The notes under the pieces were generated by a model that was given only the letters and a program-made list of their open reading frames with translations, did no database searches and was not told where the DNA came from. 64,000 bases of DNA from Felis catus. Lineage: Eukaryota. Shown here in pieces: positions 13,835-25,624 of this stretch. The position numbers and the translations under genes were made by a program. Within the stretch, counting starts at the first letter, position 1. Each line of letters begins with the position of its first letter. The stretch spans positions 112,842,001 to 112,906,000 of the forward strand of contig NC_058368.1 of assembly GCF_018350175.1 (NCBI RefSeq), in the 5' to 3' direction.

Positions 13835-14330
13835 ATTTATAGTCAATTGAGTTTTGACAGGGCCATCAGGACATTTCAGTGGGGGAAGAATAGTCTGTTC
13901 AACAAATGGCTCTGGAACGCCTGAATGTCCTCATGCGAAAGAATAAAGTTGGACCTCTTTCAACACAGCATCTACAAAATAAGCTCAAAATGGATTATGG
14001 ACCTAAATGCAGAAGTGAAAATATATATGCTATATATGTATGTATATATGAGATATATATCATATATACCATATATATATCCCAAGGAATCTAAAAAAAA
14101 CTCTTAAAACTAATATGTGAATTTCTTGAGTTTATAGGATACAAGAGCAATATACAAAAATGAATTGTAAAACTATATGCCAGCAATGAATAGCTGAAGT
14201 TTTAAAAAAATACACTACTATTTACAAAAGTACCAGAAAACATGAAATATTTGTGTATATATCTAACAAAAAGTGTTAAAACTAATACAGTGTAAGGAAT
14301 CATATGTATTGCTAGCTAATGACATCACTT
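13835..14330 (+). mobile_element. Old L1 (L1M) ORF2 fragments
   Basis: gtcaattgagttttgacagg...gtctgttcaacaaatgg and cccaaggaatctaaaaaaaactc...ggatacaag, separated by an AT-rich repeat. Confidence 0.7.
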
Positions 14331-14457
14331 TTTCTGTGGTCTCCTAAATTGACATATATTAGTGAATTGATTCTTTAATTAAAGAAATTTCAGCTTCTTA
14401 ATTGTGGCATTCATTTGTATCTATCCTTGAAAATCCAAATCCTGGATACAAGGAACT

Positions 14458-14754
14458 CTCTTCTCCTTCCCTCTTGTTTTGCTTTGTTTTCTCTTTTTTC
14501 TCTTTTCTCCTTTCCTCCCTCCCCTCCCCTCCCCTCCCCACCCCTCCTCTCCCCTCCCCTCCCTTCCCTTTCCTTTCCCCTCCCCCTCCCCCTCCCCTCC
14601 CCTCCCCTCCCCTCCCCTCCCCTCCCCTCCCCTCCCCTCCCCTTCCCTTCCCTTCCCTTCCCTTCCCTTCCCAGTAAGTTCTATGCCCAATGTGAATTCA
14701 TGACCCTGAGATCAAGAGTCATATGTTTTACCAACTGAGCCAGCCAGGTGCCCC
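14458..14754 (-). mobile_element. Older CanSINE whose tail is replaced by a polypurine repeat
   Basis: Head ccaggtgcccc ends at 14754. TSD acaaggaact at 14448-14457 and 14755-14764. (CCCCT)n/(CCCTT)n tract at about 14510-14672. Confidence 0.85.
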
Positions 14755-15610
14755 ACAAGGAACTTTAAGGAAGCCAAATAGTTCTAGTAAAAATCAGTTA
14801 AAAAAAAAAAAAGGCACACTCCTGTCCATGTAGAGTCTGTTTCCTTTCTCCAGGGAGATGAAGTTTCTGGATGTCCACAATAATGAAATAAATACTGTAT
14901 GGGGCAGAGGCCCGTGTGATATGTGGCAGAGAGGAAGATTTCCAGGGAGAAGTGAGGGCAGTAGCCACCTTTCTGCCTGGTATGTTCGGTGGACTCCTGT
15001 ATATCACTGAGGCTCAAATGGACAATGGATGTACCCGAGCCTCCTGGTGAGAAGAAAGTGAGAGAAGGTTCTGCTCTTGTTTCTAGAGAATATGGGATGA
15101 CAGGGAACCAGGCCTCAATCTCAGGTAACTGACTTGGAGTTTGTGATTTAGGGCCCTAGTGCAGACAGACCACTTGACTTTCGATCTTACAAGGTGAGGA
15201 GGACTAAGGCACAATAATTGTTTTAATTTAAAGAGATTGCTGCTTACTGAGTTTCTGCGTATTCCATGATACTGTCTTGTGTGCTAACAGGATATATTAT
15301 GCAACGAACAACCTTAACTTAAGCCCTATTAAAGCAGGAGAAATTAAGCCAGCCATTCATTCATTGAAGATATTCAGACTACAAATGTATGCAGTTCCCT
15401 AAAGAAGAAAAACGCCTTTAGACAGGAGAATGTGAGAACCAAATTCATCGGCTACAGGCAGTGGCAATGGTGGACTGAAGCAATAGCATGATTGAAATTT
15501 GGTGATGGGAGGCGAGGTGTGTGCTTGGCCCTGTATCTGAAGCACCTCTGCATCCCAAGATGCTTCCTTACCTGGGCTCTTCTGACACTAATTCAAACTC
15601 TTCCAGGCAT

Positions 15611-15807
15611 TTTTCTTAAGAGAGAGAGAGAGAGAGAGTGCAAGTGGGGGAGGGCAGGGAAAGAAGGGGACAGAGGAGGACAGAGAATCTGACATGGGCT
15701 CTGAGCTGACAACAGGGAGCCTTATGTGGGACCAGAACTCCCGAGTCATAAGATCATGACCTGAGCCAAAGTCAGATGCTTAACTGACTGTGCCACCCAG
15801 GCCTCCC
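15611..15807 (-). mobile_element. CanSINE (diverged)
   Basis: (GA)n, gatcatgacctgagccaaagtc, ccacccaggc; flanking cttccaggcat duplication. Confidence 0.9.
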
Positions 15808-16804
15808 TTCCAGGCATCTTAAAGCATGTAAGGAAAGGAGAGGTGGTAGAAAAGAAAGGGAGACAGGGTGTTGCACTGCCACAAATTAAACTTTCCTTAA
15901 TTTTCAATTCCATGACCGTGTTACCTAGGATCCGTAGTTGGCTTCATGTACTTTTAAAAATCCTCTACATTTTTGGACATACTTCCAAGTATTTTCTCAC
16001 GTAATGGTTTTGGTGGTGGGTCCCTGAGTCATCTGCATTTCCTTACTCAGATTTTGGGGGGATAGAACACCCTATTAGGCAATTCTGAGTATGTGTTCAC
16101 ATACAATGTCACTTCAGACTGCCAACCTAGATTTTTGGCCCACAGTCACAGTTGGATTGTACTGCGGGTGGTGGTACAGTGTCCCTCTGTTTGCTTTTGC
16201 TTTTCCATCTGGAAATTGATCACTAAAACCTCAAAATTCATTTTTAGCCACCCACATATAGACAGCATGCTAACAGAATGTTTCACTCCTGCAGGTTATT
16301 AGAATGGAGAAGGGGAGCTACAATGCAATGCCTTCATTTGCAGAAATATTTCTGTGATGGGATGTGTTAGTTAAGCCACTGTGGAGGAATACAGACTTTT
16401 TCTAATGGGTTCCATTCTGGTTTGCTAGGTAAACAAAACACTTTTCAAAGAAATTTATGTATTTACCCGTAGACTGGAGATGAAATTGCTTTTGAAATCT
16501 ACTACTTAGACAATTGACAAAATGTAGCTCCAATTCATTTTAGATATAAAATTTATAAAAACCATTGCCACAAGATTTATGAAGGATCACCCTTTTTAAA
16601 AAAAGAGAAAGGTAACAGAGAAGATACTCAGATGGGTAAGTGTCCTATCTATGTTGGTGGTGGCAGGGATGAAAAGATGTGTACTTTGGAAAAGGAGGTG
16701 ACCACATGGATCAATTCACATTCTGCCGTTGGGATGTGACTTGTGGTTGTTTCGGATTTTCAGGATCTTGTTTCTTCCTCTGCTTCTCAGGCTCTAGCTT
16801 TTCT

Positions 16805-17039
16805 TTCTTTCTTTTTTTTTTTTTTTTAATTTTTTTTTTAACGTTTATTTATTTTTGAGACAGAGAGAGACAGAGCATGAACGGGGGAGGGTCAGAGAGA
16901 GGGAGACACAGAATCCGAAACAGGCTCCAGGCTCCGAGCAGTCAGCACAGAGCCCGACGGGGGCTCGAACTCACGGACCGCGAGATTGTGACCTGAGCGG
17001 AAGTCGGCCGCTCAACCGACTGAGCCACCCAGGCGCCCC
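16805..17039 (-). mobile_element. Young felid CanSINE
   Basis: CpG-rich body. TSD aggctctagcttttct at 16789-16804 and 17040-17055. Confidence 0.97.
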
Positions 17040-17699
17040 AGGCTCTAGCTTTTCTAAAGCACTAAGGTCTTTTTATTGCTGTTTTTTTGTGTTTGAAATA
17101 AGCAGGAGTGAGTTCGGCAGCAGTAATAGTGGACAGAAGTTTGTCAGTCAAAAATTGCCTTATAATTTTTGAATTTTGAAAAAAAAAACATGACTAATAT
17201 GACTATTTGATGGCTTCCTGGTGGTGCATAAACAATGTTTTACAAATTTTCAAATTTGGTTCCGTCATTCCTAAAATGAGCATTGTTAACTTGTAGTCCA
17301 GGCATTTTTTGAGCATCTACCACATACAGGGCATTTTGCTAGCTTTTCCCAACTGTGAAGTCATTGATCACACTCTCATTTCAGCGAGGCACCAACTGCT
17401 AGAAAGAGGTGCCTTTCCGGGGACACCTTTGGCTCACATAAATCCTTGACATGACTGAAGACTTTTTTCTAAACCTGAAGTTTGATGGATTCGGTCCCAA
17501 GGCCACGGTTTGCTGGCTGAGGTCAAAGCTGGGGATGAATGGTTTCCATTGCCTTGTTTGTTGTGTAGCGCTTGGATCCCCTCCAACCAGTGGGAGTCAC
17601 GGCAGACTGTTCATTACATATGCTTAATGGAACGGGAAATTAACACAGTGGAAAAATATGTATCGCTACCCAATCTCTGAGAGTACTTCATTTTTAACT

Positions 17700-18740
17700 A
17701 AGTACAGAGAGGTGATGCCTTGTTATTTTATAACGTGGTTTATTATGCAAGCAATATATGTTTACTGTAGAAAAACTAGAAAATACAGATAAGCAGAAAG
17801 AAGAAATTAAAAGTCATCCTCAATACCTAAAGATAACTATTGTTAACATTTTCATATATATCCTCTCACATTTGTTTCTGGGCTTAGATTAGATCATACT
17901 GTTTATGTTTTACAATCTTGCTTTTCTTTGGTTTAATAACAAATGATTAGAAACTTCTGTTGATATATTTATTTGACAACATAAGAACACCTGCATAGTT
18001 ACAGCACTTTGTATATCCCCGTTGATTTAATTTAACCCTCCTTTGGTGAACATGTGTAGTTTTCCAATTTTTAGATATTATGTGTTGCATGATAGTACCT
18101 GTTATTGAAATGACTTTTTTAAACTTGTCAATTACTTCCTGAGTAAAAATTTCTTAAAGTGTAATTGCTTTGTCAAAGCGTCTGCATTTTTGTGTATTTT
18201 TTTTTAAATTTTTTTTAATGTTTGTTTATTCTTGAGACAGAGACAGAGTGTGAACAGGGGTGGGGCAGAGAGAGAGGGAGACACAGAATCCGAAACAGGC
18301 TCCAGGCTCTGCACTGTCAGCACAGAGCCCAACGCGGGGCTCGAACCCACAAACTGTGAGATCATGACCTGAGCTGAAGTCGACACCCAGCCAACCGAGC
18401 CACCCAGGAGCCCCTGTGTACTTTTGATAAGTATTGTTGAATTGTCTTCTAGGAGAATTATGCCAGGTGACACTCACAATAACATTGTGTAAGGGTACTC
18501 ATTTTCCCTACATTCTTGGCAGTTTTAAGTATTATTCCTTTAAAAATTAATACCAATTCTGAGAGGTAAAAACTAGTATCTCATGGTCCAAGTTAAATTT
18601 CTTTGGTTACTAGTGACTTTCAGCAATGATCTTATGTTTATTGTCCATTTTCACTTTTTCTTTTGTGAATTGCTTATTCATGTTCTTTGTCTATTATTCT
18701 ATTGATGTGTTTAACTTTATCTTATTGAAGTGGTCATCAT
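17700..18740 (-). mobile_element. Ancient L1 (L1ME-like) remnant interrupted by a SINE
   Basis: agaaaatacagataagca, gtttccaatttttag, ttttgtgaattgcttattcatg are typical L1ME antisense motifs. Confidence 0.6.
18197..18414 (-). mobile_element. CanSINE
   Basis: Poly(T), acagaatccgaaacaggctccagg, cacccaggagcccc. Confidence 0.95.
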
Positions 18741-19034
18741 TTTTGGGGATCTCCATAACAAGATGGTTTTCTATGTAATATTTGTTGTAGTTGGGTTAGA
18801 GGAAAGGAGCCAACCATCCTGGACTCAGTTTATAAACACTAAAGATATTTATGTTAATACTTGGATTATAGTAACTGCCATTTATTAAGCAAAGTTTGAA
18901 AATAGTTCTCCACTGCTTACTATCTCAGAAAATATCATGCCTCTCCATCATTCTTTTAGTGGTGTACCATGGTAAATGAATGAGAACCACGGATCTTTCT
19001 TTTTCTCTCACATAGGATTTTTGCTTTAAGCCAA

Positions 19035-19490
19035 ATGGGGTGATGCTGTCATCACTTCTGCATCCCTATAGATCCCCTTACGTTTTTTACGCTCACTCGT
19101 TCCCACCACATTTCACTCCAAACACCCAGTACCTCCATCTCTTAGTGGAAGTGCTGCCCTCTTGCTGTCTTAACTCACTTTTCCTCCAGGGACCTCTGGA
19201 CATGTTGCCTAGGGACATTCCATAGCCACTGACTGTGTCTGTACAGCCCCCTTGTCCCCTGAGAGGACCAGGACCGAGATAGGACCTGTCCCATCTTTGA
19301 GCTTCCTTGTGGGACTGAGCCAAAGCCACCCTTCATGGGACTTTGCCTGATTTTCCACCCTTGCCTGACCTCTCTCCTTCCTAGGTCCCAGTTGGCCTCT
19401 GCCACTTTTCCTAGAACATTTACTATAAAATGTCTTTCACACAAATGCTTGTTGTTGAGTCTGCTTCTGGAATATGCCCCTTGGGGCATA
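19035..19490 (+). mobile_element. ERVL solo LTR remnant (LTR16-like)
   Basis: Starts gtgatgctgt..agatcccc and ends taaaatgtctttcacacaaatgcttg..gagtctgcttctgg. Confidence 0.5.
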
Positions 19491-19599
19491 TATATCAACA
19501 TTTAGAACTTAAGGAATATATCAGGGAAGGTCAGTTCCTGTTGTGAACTCTAATGGCGAATGATACCTACAGTCATTAGCTTTTTTTAGATTTGACTAT

Positions 19600-19850
19600 G
19601 AATCTAGCATTTTGATCAATGCTTTTTCACGAAATATCTCATCTGATCTCCATATTATATAGTATCTCTGTTTTTATCCAGACAGGAAATCTAAGCTTAA
19701 TTTGTTTATGTTCACATAGATTTCTCAGCAGCCAAAGTGGGATTCAAAGCCAAGTCTAGTGTTGGCTTTAGCTCAAGCGGTTACTTCGCATGTGGTTATC
19801 AAAGCCAAGTCTAGTAGAGTTCAGAGCCCATGCTCTATAACCATGCCTCA
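19600..19850 (-). mobile_element. MIR (host of the vault-RNA fragment)
   Basis: gtgggattcaaagccaagtctagt|agagttcagagcccatgctctataacca re-forms the MIR end once the insert is removed. Confidence 0.7.
19761..19800 (+). pseudogene. VTRNA: Tailless 5' fragment retrocopy of vault RNA
   Basis: gttggctttagctcaagcggttacttcgcatgt versus the recalled vault RNA 5' end GGCTGGCTTTAGCTCAGCGGTTACTTCG. Perfect direct repeat tcaaagccaagtctagt at 19744-19760 and 19799-19815. No poly(A). Confidence 0.88.
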
Positions 19851-20368
19851 GAAGAGGTTTGATGAAGGCTGTGGTAGGGTTGGACATTGTTCTCAGGACC
19901 CCTGGGTGTCCTTGGGCACACCGTCTAAGGTGCATGCACACTGACTAGCCAAGGTAGTGTGTGACTCAGTTTTCTCCTGAATTATTCTAATATCTTTACA
20001 AATTGCTTTAGGAGCTACCCTTTTTTTCTGTGTAGGACAGTGTTTTTGAAGAAAGAAAACAATGAAAAACTCTCTGGTGAGCAGAAAGATAGGGTAGAAA
20101 CATATCTGAGATAGAATCTGGGTCATCAGGGTTTTTTTGTTTTTGTTTTTGTTTTTTTCATTTAGTGGCCTAAGTCTTCCTGGGAGCTTAGCACATGAGC
20201 GTAACATGTACATGATTATAAATTATGTGTAAGTTTAGTGACAGGATGCTTTTATTTTGACGTTAGCCTGCAGACCCAGACCAAAAGCAAGAATCTGAGA
20301 TTTAAGAGACTTGTGCACATTCCAACCCTTTTCTTATTAGCTCAGTGCCTTCATTTAGAAACCCTCAG

Positions 20369-20581
20369 TAGGGTGCCCGACATGGGACACAACAGCAGCC
20401 ACAACAAGATGCCCACTAAAATTTGAATTTCAGATAAGCAATGAATGATTTTTTTAATAGAAGAATGTTCCATACCATTTCCTCCCATGTAATATTTGGA
20501 ACATACTTAGACGAAAAGACTATTTGCTGTGCATCTGAAATTCAAATATAACTGGGTGTCCTATATTTTATCTGCAACCTA
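20369..20581. mobile_element. Palindromic hAT fossil (MER53-like)
   Basis: Arms aaatttgaatttcagataagca and tgtgcatctgaaattcaaatat; end ctgggtgtcctatattttatctgcaacct. Confidence 0.8.
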
Positions 20582-20805
20582 ACTTCCTTAGACCTCACCT
20601 CCATCCCCATAGCAATATTCCTTGTGTTACTGCCTGCTTGTAGGTTCTCACTGCTATGCTCATGTGCTAAGAAGTATCCCTCTCAATGCAGATGGCTTGG
20701 TCACCATGGAGAACCTCTTACTGGTTCATCCAGATCTACAAACCAGTCTCCATCCAGGTGTCTGAATGAGTGTTCCAAAACTTAAATGACACCACTCCCT
20801 TTCTT

Positions 20806-21036
20806 TTTTTTTTTTTTTAATTTTTTTTTCAACGTTTTTTTATTTATTTTTGGGACAGAGAGAGACAGAGCATGAACGGGGGAGGGGCAGAGAGAGAGGG
20901 AGACACAGAATCAGAAACAGGCTCCAGGCTCTGAGCCATCAGCCCAGAGCCCGACGCGGGGCTTGAACTCACGGACCGCGAGATCGTGACCTGGCTGAAG
21001 TCGGACGCTTAACCGACTGCGCCACCCAGGCCCCCC
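20806..21036 (-). mobile_element. Young felid CanSINE
   Basis: TSD acaccactccctttctt at 20789-20805 and 21038-21054. Near-identical to the 4022-4249 copy. Confidence 0.97.
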
Positions 21037-23339
21037 AACACCACTCCCTTTCTTAAAACCCTTTAGTGGATTTCTGTCACATTTAGAATATAATCTAAAG
21101 GATTATCTCTGTGGTCTATGAATTTCTCTGTGATCAGACCCTCCTTCCCTCGCTGGCCTCTATCTTGTCCCTCTCACCAAACACGTGGGCAATTCTAGGT
21201 TTCCCCCCAGCTTTGCCTGATCTCCCAAGGGGGTCAAGAAGAGAGTCTTTCCCCCTTTGAGGGAGCTGAACTTTCATCCTCATACAACAGCCAGTCATTG
21301 GCTAAGGTTTACTCCAGAAACATGTTAACTCCCCGGGTTTTAGGCTCTCAGTATGTGGATGAAACAGCTCCAGGAACCAATAGGTAGTTCTCTGATGAAG
21401 GTTTTCATAAGCTATGAGCCACCAGGAGCAAACTCATGAGTCTGCAGAGCCAGTAAGGAATCTGAAGAGATTTGGGTGCATCTGTTACAGCAGGACTAGG
21501 GCAAGATTCCAGAGGCACATCAGCAGAAGAGTTTGACTGCCTTCATTGCAGAAATATCCCTGGATATCGTCAGTAGACTATGGGATAGTTAGGGCTCTTG
21601 GGCAAGTTTAAGAGTAAGAATGAGATAGTCCAGTCATACCCAAGAGTTGGGGGAAAACAAGGAGCTGGCCTGGTTCTGAAACAGAGTAAGCTGCTCTCTG
21701 GCTGGGCTTCTTTGGAGAGACAAAAGTGAGTTCTGTCCTCTTGAAGCTTAGCATTTTCAAACTGGTAGCTGACAGTATAGGGTGACGAGGCAGGCTATTA
21801 TCAGAGCTTCTGGTGAGTAAATATTTAAGCAAGAAGCAGAAATTAATGCCTTCAAGGGTCTGAAAATGATAATTGGGGAAGTTCAGATTATTTATTATTT
21901 TACAATAGAATAGCCACATGTAAAGAGTCAAAAAGAAATGTCTATGTGCTCTAGAGAAATTGTACTACAACCCTAATGTGGATATAATCTTAGAAATTGC
22001 TGGGGTATATCTATATCACCCATCAGAATGTAATAGCTGGACAAGATGAGGCCACATGAAAGAATTCTTCAAATATTCTGTTAAAAGCACACTGCTGTGT
22101 TTTGTGATCGCTGCTTTATAATTGCTATAATCCATCAATTTAACATTGTTATGAAAAATTCTAATAAATCATGACTAAGTCACAATTGATAAGACATGAC
22201 TAGCATCCTAGGCTATGCTGAGTCCCACTAATTTATTAGCCCGTTGATTTGAAATCGATTGAGATTAAAGATCTTCTCTGAATGCTAGGTAAGTGGCTTT
22301 GAGCAGAATTCTATCCAATGTTCAGATTAAGGAAATGCTTTCCAGGCTGACCTTGGGTCTGAGAGATTGTATTTGAAAACTCTTTCCTGTCCCTCCCCTC
22401 TCTGAGACGTGAGGAGACCCGGGGCACACCCAGTCATGCTTCTTGCCTCACCCGGACTGTGTACTGTGTGTCCCCAACTACACCCACGCCACTCTTAACC
22501 CACGTGACCCAATTCTGAGTAATTCAAGTGTTTTCAAGGGAAAATGGACTATGGAACGACATTTTCAGAACCAAATAGACTGATTTGTTTGATTAAAACA
22601 AATTCTCTCAATCAAAAAGGAATAAAAAGTATTGACCGCTCTCTTTTGAAATCGGGTTGATAAATTGTCTTTTTTAATCAGAAACTTTGGTTCTTTACTA
22701 TTTCAAAAGGCCGGATGTCCAGAAAAACCCACTCTTGGCTTATAACAGCCACACTACTTCATATGTTTATTACAAAATGCTTGTTTTTACATTTAGGTCC
22801 GTGCATCTGGCTCATTTAGAATGGTGTCAAATAATAAAGCATATGCTTAAAAATGGGAGTAACGTTTTAAAATTAATAAAATTCACCGGCAAACATATAA
22901 AGACACCCCAAGTCTTACCGGTCATCAGAATAAAAGTAACTAAAACAATAATGAGAGGCTTAAAAAGAGAATGTTGGGGTGTATGTGGGGGGGTCAAGGA
23001 TGCAGAGACAGAACTCAGTAATCTCCCATCCTCCTCCAGACACACCAGAATGCAAAATTACATGCCGTGAGGGCCCTTGCTTGTTCAAATGGGAGTATGA
23101 ATTTGTACAAGCAGTCTGGCATTAGCTGCTAAAATTAGGGATAAGTAAGGCCTGTAAACCAGCCATTTTGCTCCTGAGAATTTATTGTAGGGAAATTCTT
23201 GCACATATATAACAGGAAAATTAAACGAAGATCTGCTCATTACAGAATTCTTTGTTTCAGGAAAAAAAAAACTGATAATAATCCAGAAGTCCTTCAGTAA
23301 AGGTAAGGAGAAATGAACTGTTGTATATTCATAAAATGA

Positions 23340-23552
23340 GGGCTGCCTGGGTGGCTTAGTCGGTTAAGTGGCCGACTTCAGTTCAGGTCATGATCTGGCG
23401 GGTTTTGAGTTTGAGCCATCTGTCGGGCTCTGTGCTAACAGCTCAAAGCTGGGACTTGCTTCAGATTTTGTGTCTCCCTCTCTCTCTGCCCCCTCCCCCA
23501 CTTGTGCTCTGTGTCTCTCTCGGAAAAAATGAAAAATAAATGAATAAACATG
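23340..23552 (+). mobile_element. CanSINE
   Basis: gcctgggtggcttagtcggttaag head, (CT)n and A-rich tail. Confidence 0.93.
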
Positions 23553-23881
23553 AAATGAGATACGAGGATGCAATAAAAGAGATCTGTAGTAATAGATACA
23601 GTTTAAAAAAAGATCTGTGTGGTCAGTATAGGTAGATCTCAAAACAATACTGGGCTAAAAACGAGAACATTGCCAAATGCTATGTATAATATATGTATTA
23701 CATAGAAATATTATCTATTGTCAAAGCATAGTTAAAACATAGTTAAAGTATGCACTGGCTTGGATGTATGCTTAACTTATGATAGGGGTTATCTCCATGG
23801 AGAGAGAATAAGAATGTATTGTGGTGGAGAACAGAGTCATAACCTTTATTTTTAGAGTTTTCTTTAAGAAATGCAATGTCA

Positions 23882-24115
23882 AGTGGCGCCTGAACATCTC
23901 AGTCGGTTAAGCGTCCGACTTTGGCTCAGGTCATGATCTCTTAGCTCATGAGTTCAAGCCCCGTGTCGGCTCTGTGCTGATAGCTTGAGGCCTGGAGGCT
24001 GCTTCAGGTTCTGTGTCTCCCTCTCTGTCTGCTCCTCACCCCTCACGCTCACTCGCTCACTCTCACTCTTTCTCTCTCAAAAATAAATAAAAACATTAAA
24101 AAAATAATAAAAACA
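23882..24115 (+). mobile_element. CanSINE
   Basis: ctcagtcggttaagcgtccgact, aaataaataaaaacattaaaa tail; degenerate agaaatg..atgtca duplication. Confidence 0.93.
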
Positions 24116-24250
24116 GAAATGTGATGTCAGTATGATAAAAATGTTAGTGTTTGTTTCTCTGAGTGGCGTATACATAGATGTTTATTATTCCTTGCATTGT
24201 TGTGTATTTTAAAAAGTTCACAAGTGAATAATCAGTATGAATGAGAAGGA

Positions 24251-24384
24251 GGGGCACCTAAGTGGCTCGGTTGGGCATCCAACTCTTGATCTTAGCTCAG
24301 GTCTTGATCTCAGGGTTGTGAGGTCTATCTCTGCACTGGGTTCTGCACTGGGCATGAAGCCTACTTAAAAAAAAACAAAAAAAC
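24251..24384 (+). mobile_element. Older short CanSINE
   Basis: ggggcaccta..ctcaggtcttgatctcagggttgtgag..gaagcctacttaaaa; flanks atgagaagga and atgagcagga. Confidence 0.85.
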
Positions 24385-24410
24385 ATGAGCAGGAAATTCC
24401 TAAAGGTGCA

Positions 24411-24709
24411 ATCTCACATGTGGAATGTAAGAAACAAAACAGATGAACATGGGGGGGGGGGAAGAGAGGCAAACCAAGAAACAGACTCTTAACTATAGAG
24501 AACAAACTGAGATGTTGGAGGGAAGATGGGGTAAATGGGTGATGGGCATTAAAGAGGGCACTTGTTAATGTTAGCCATTCTGACAGGTGTAAGGTGGTAT
24601 CTCATTGTGGTTTTGATTTGTATTTCCCTGATGATGAGTGATGTTGAGCTTTTTTTCATGTGTTAGCCCAAATGTCCATTGATGTATGAATGGATAAAGA
24701 AGATGTGGT

Positions 24710-24741
<32 letters not shown>

Positions 24742-25321
24742 GAGTATTACTTGGCAATCAAAAAGAATGAAATCTTGCCATTTGCAACTATGTGGATGGA
24801 ACTGGAGGGTATTATGCTAAGTGAAATTAGTCCGTCAGAGAAAGACAAAGATCATATGACTTCACTCATATGAGGACTTTAAGAGACAAAACAGATGAAC
24901 GTAAGGGAAGGGAAGCAAAAACAGTATAAAAACAGGGAGGGGGACAAAACAGAAGAGATTCATAAATATGGAGAACAGAGGGCTACTGGGGGGGTTGTGG
25001 GAGGGGGGATGGGCTAAATGGGCAAGGGGCACTAAGGAATCTACTCCTGAAATCATTGTTACACTAGATGCTAACTAATTTGGATGTCAATTTTAAAAAA
25101 TAAAAAATAAAATTAAAAAAATATATCCTCATTACGAAAGATAAAAAAACAAAAAAGAGGGCACTTGTAATGAGCACCGAGTGTTAAACGTAAGTGATGG
25201 ATCACTAAATTCTACTCCTGAAAGTAATATTACACTATGTGTTCACTAACTGTAATTTAAATAAAAACTTGGAACTACATAAAAAAAAATCAGTAAGACT
25301 ATACTATATATTAAAAAAAAA
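24411..25321 (+). mobile_element. Older carnivore L1 3' end (host of the nested L1)
   Basis: ctcacatgtggaatgtaagaaacaaaacagatgaac ... gcacttgt|aatgagcaccgagtg ... taatttaaataaaaacttg; flanks share gaaattcctaa...tgca. Confidence 0.85.
24566..25153 (+). mobile_element. 5'-inverted (twin-primed) young L1, type B
   Basis: Antisense L1 at 24566-24664, sense L1 at 24665-25121. TSD aaagagggcacttgt at 24551-24565 and 25154-25168. Confidence 0.93.
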
Positions 25322-25356
25322 GAAATTCCTAATATTGCATAAAGAAATGCAGCTTA

Positions 25357-25520
25357 GAGGTGCTTGGGTGGCTCAGTCAGTTAAGTGTCCAACTTCACTC
25401 AGTTATGATCTCACAGTTTGTGGGTTTGAGTACCATGTCAGGCTCTGTGCTGACAGCTCAGAGCCTGGAGCCTGCTTCAGAGTCTGTCTCTGTCTCTCTC
25501 CCTGTCCCGTCCCTGCTCTT

Positions 25521-25560
<40 letters not shown>

Positions 25561-25624
25561 ACTCTCTCTCTCCCACACACACACACACACTGTCTCTCTC
25601 TCTCAAATATAAATAAACATTAAA
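25357..25624 (+). mobile_element. CanSINE with expanded (CT)n(CA)n
   Basis: gggtggctcagtcagttaag head; flanks aaagaaatgca. Confidence 0.93.

Noticed and set aside
14402..14738. Pro/Ser-rich and Gly/Glu/Arg-rich ORFs
   Set aside because: Translations of the (CCCCT)n repeat.
19744..19815. CRISPR-like repeat-spacer-repeat
   Set aside because: Only two repeats, mammalian context, no cas genes; explained as a TSD around a vault-RNA fragment.
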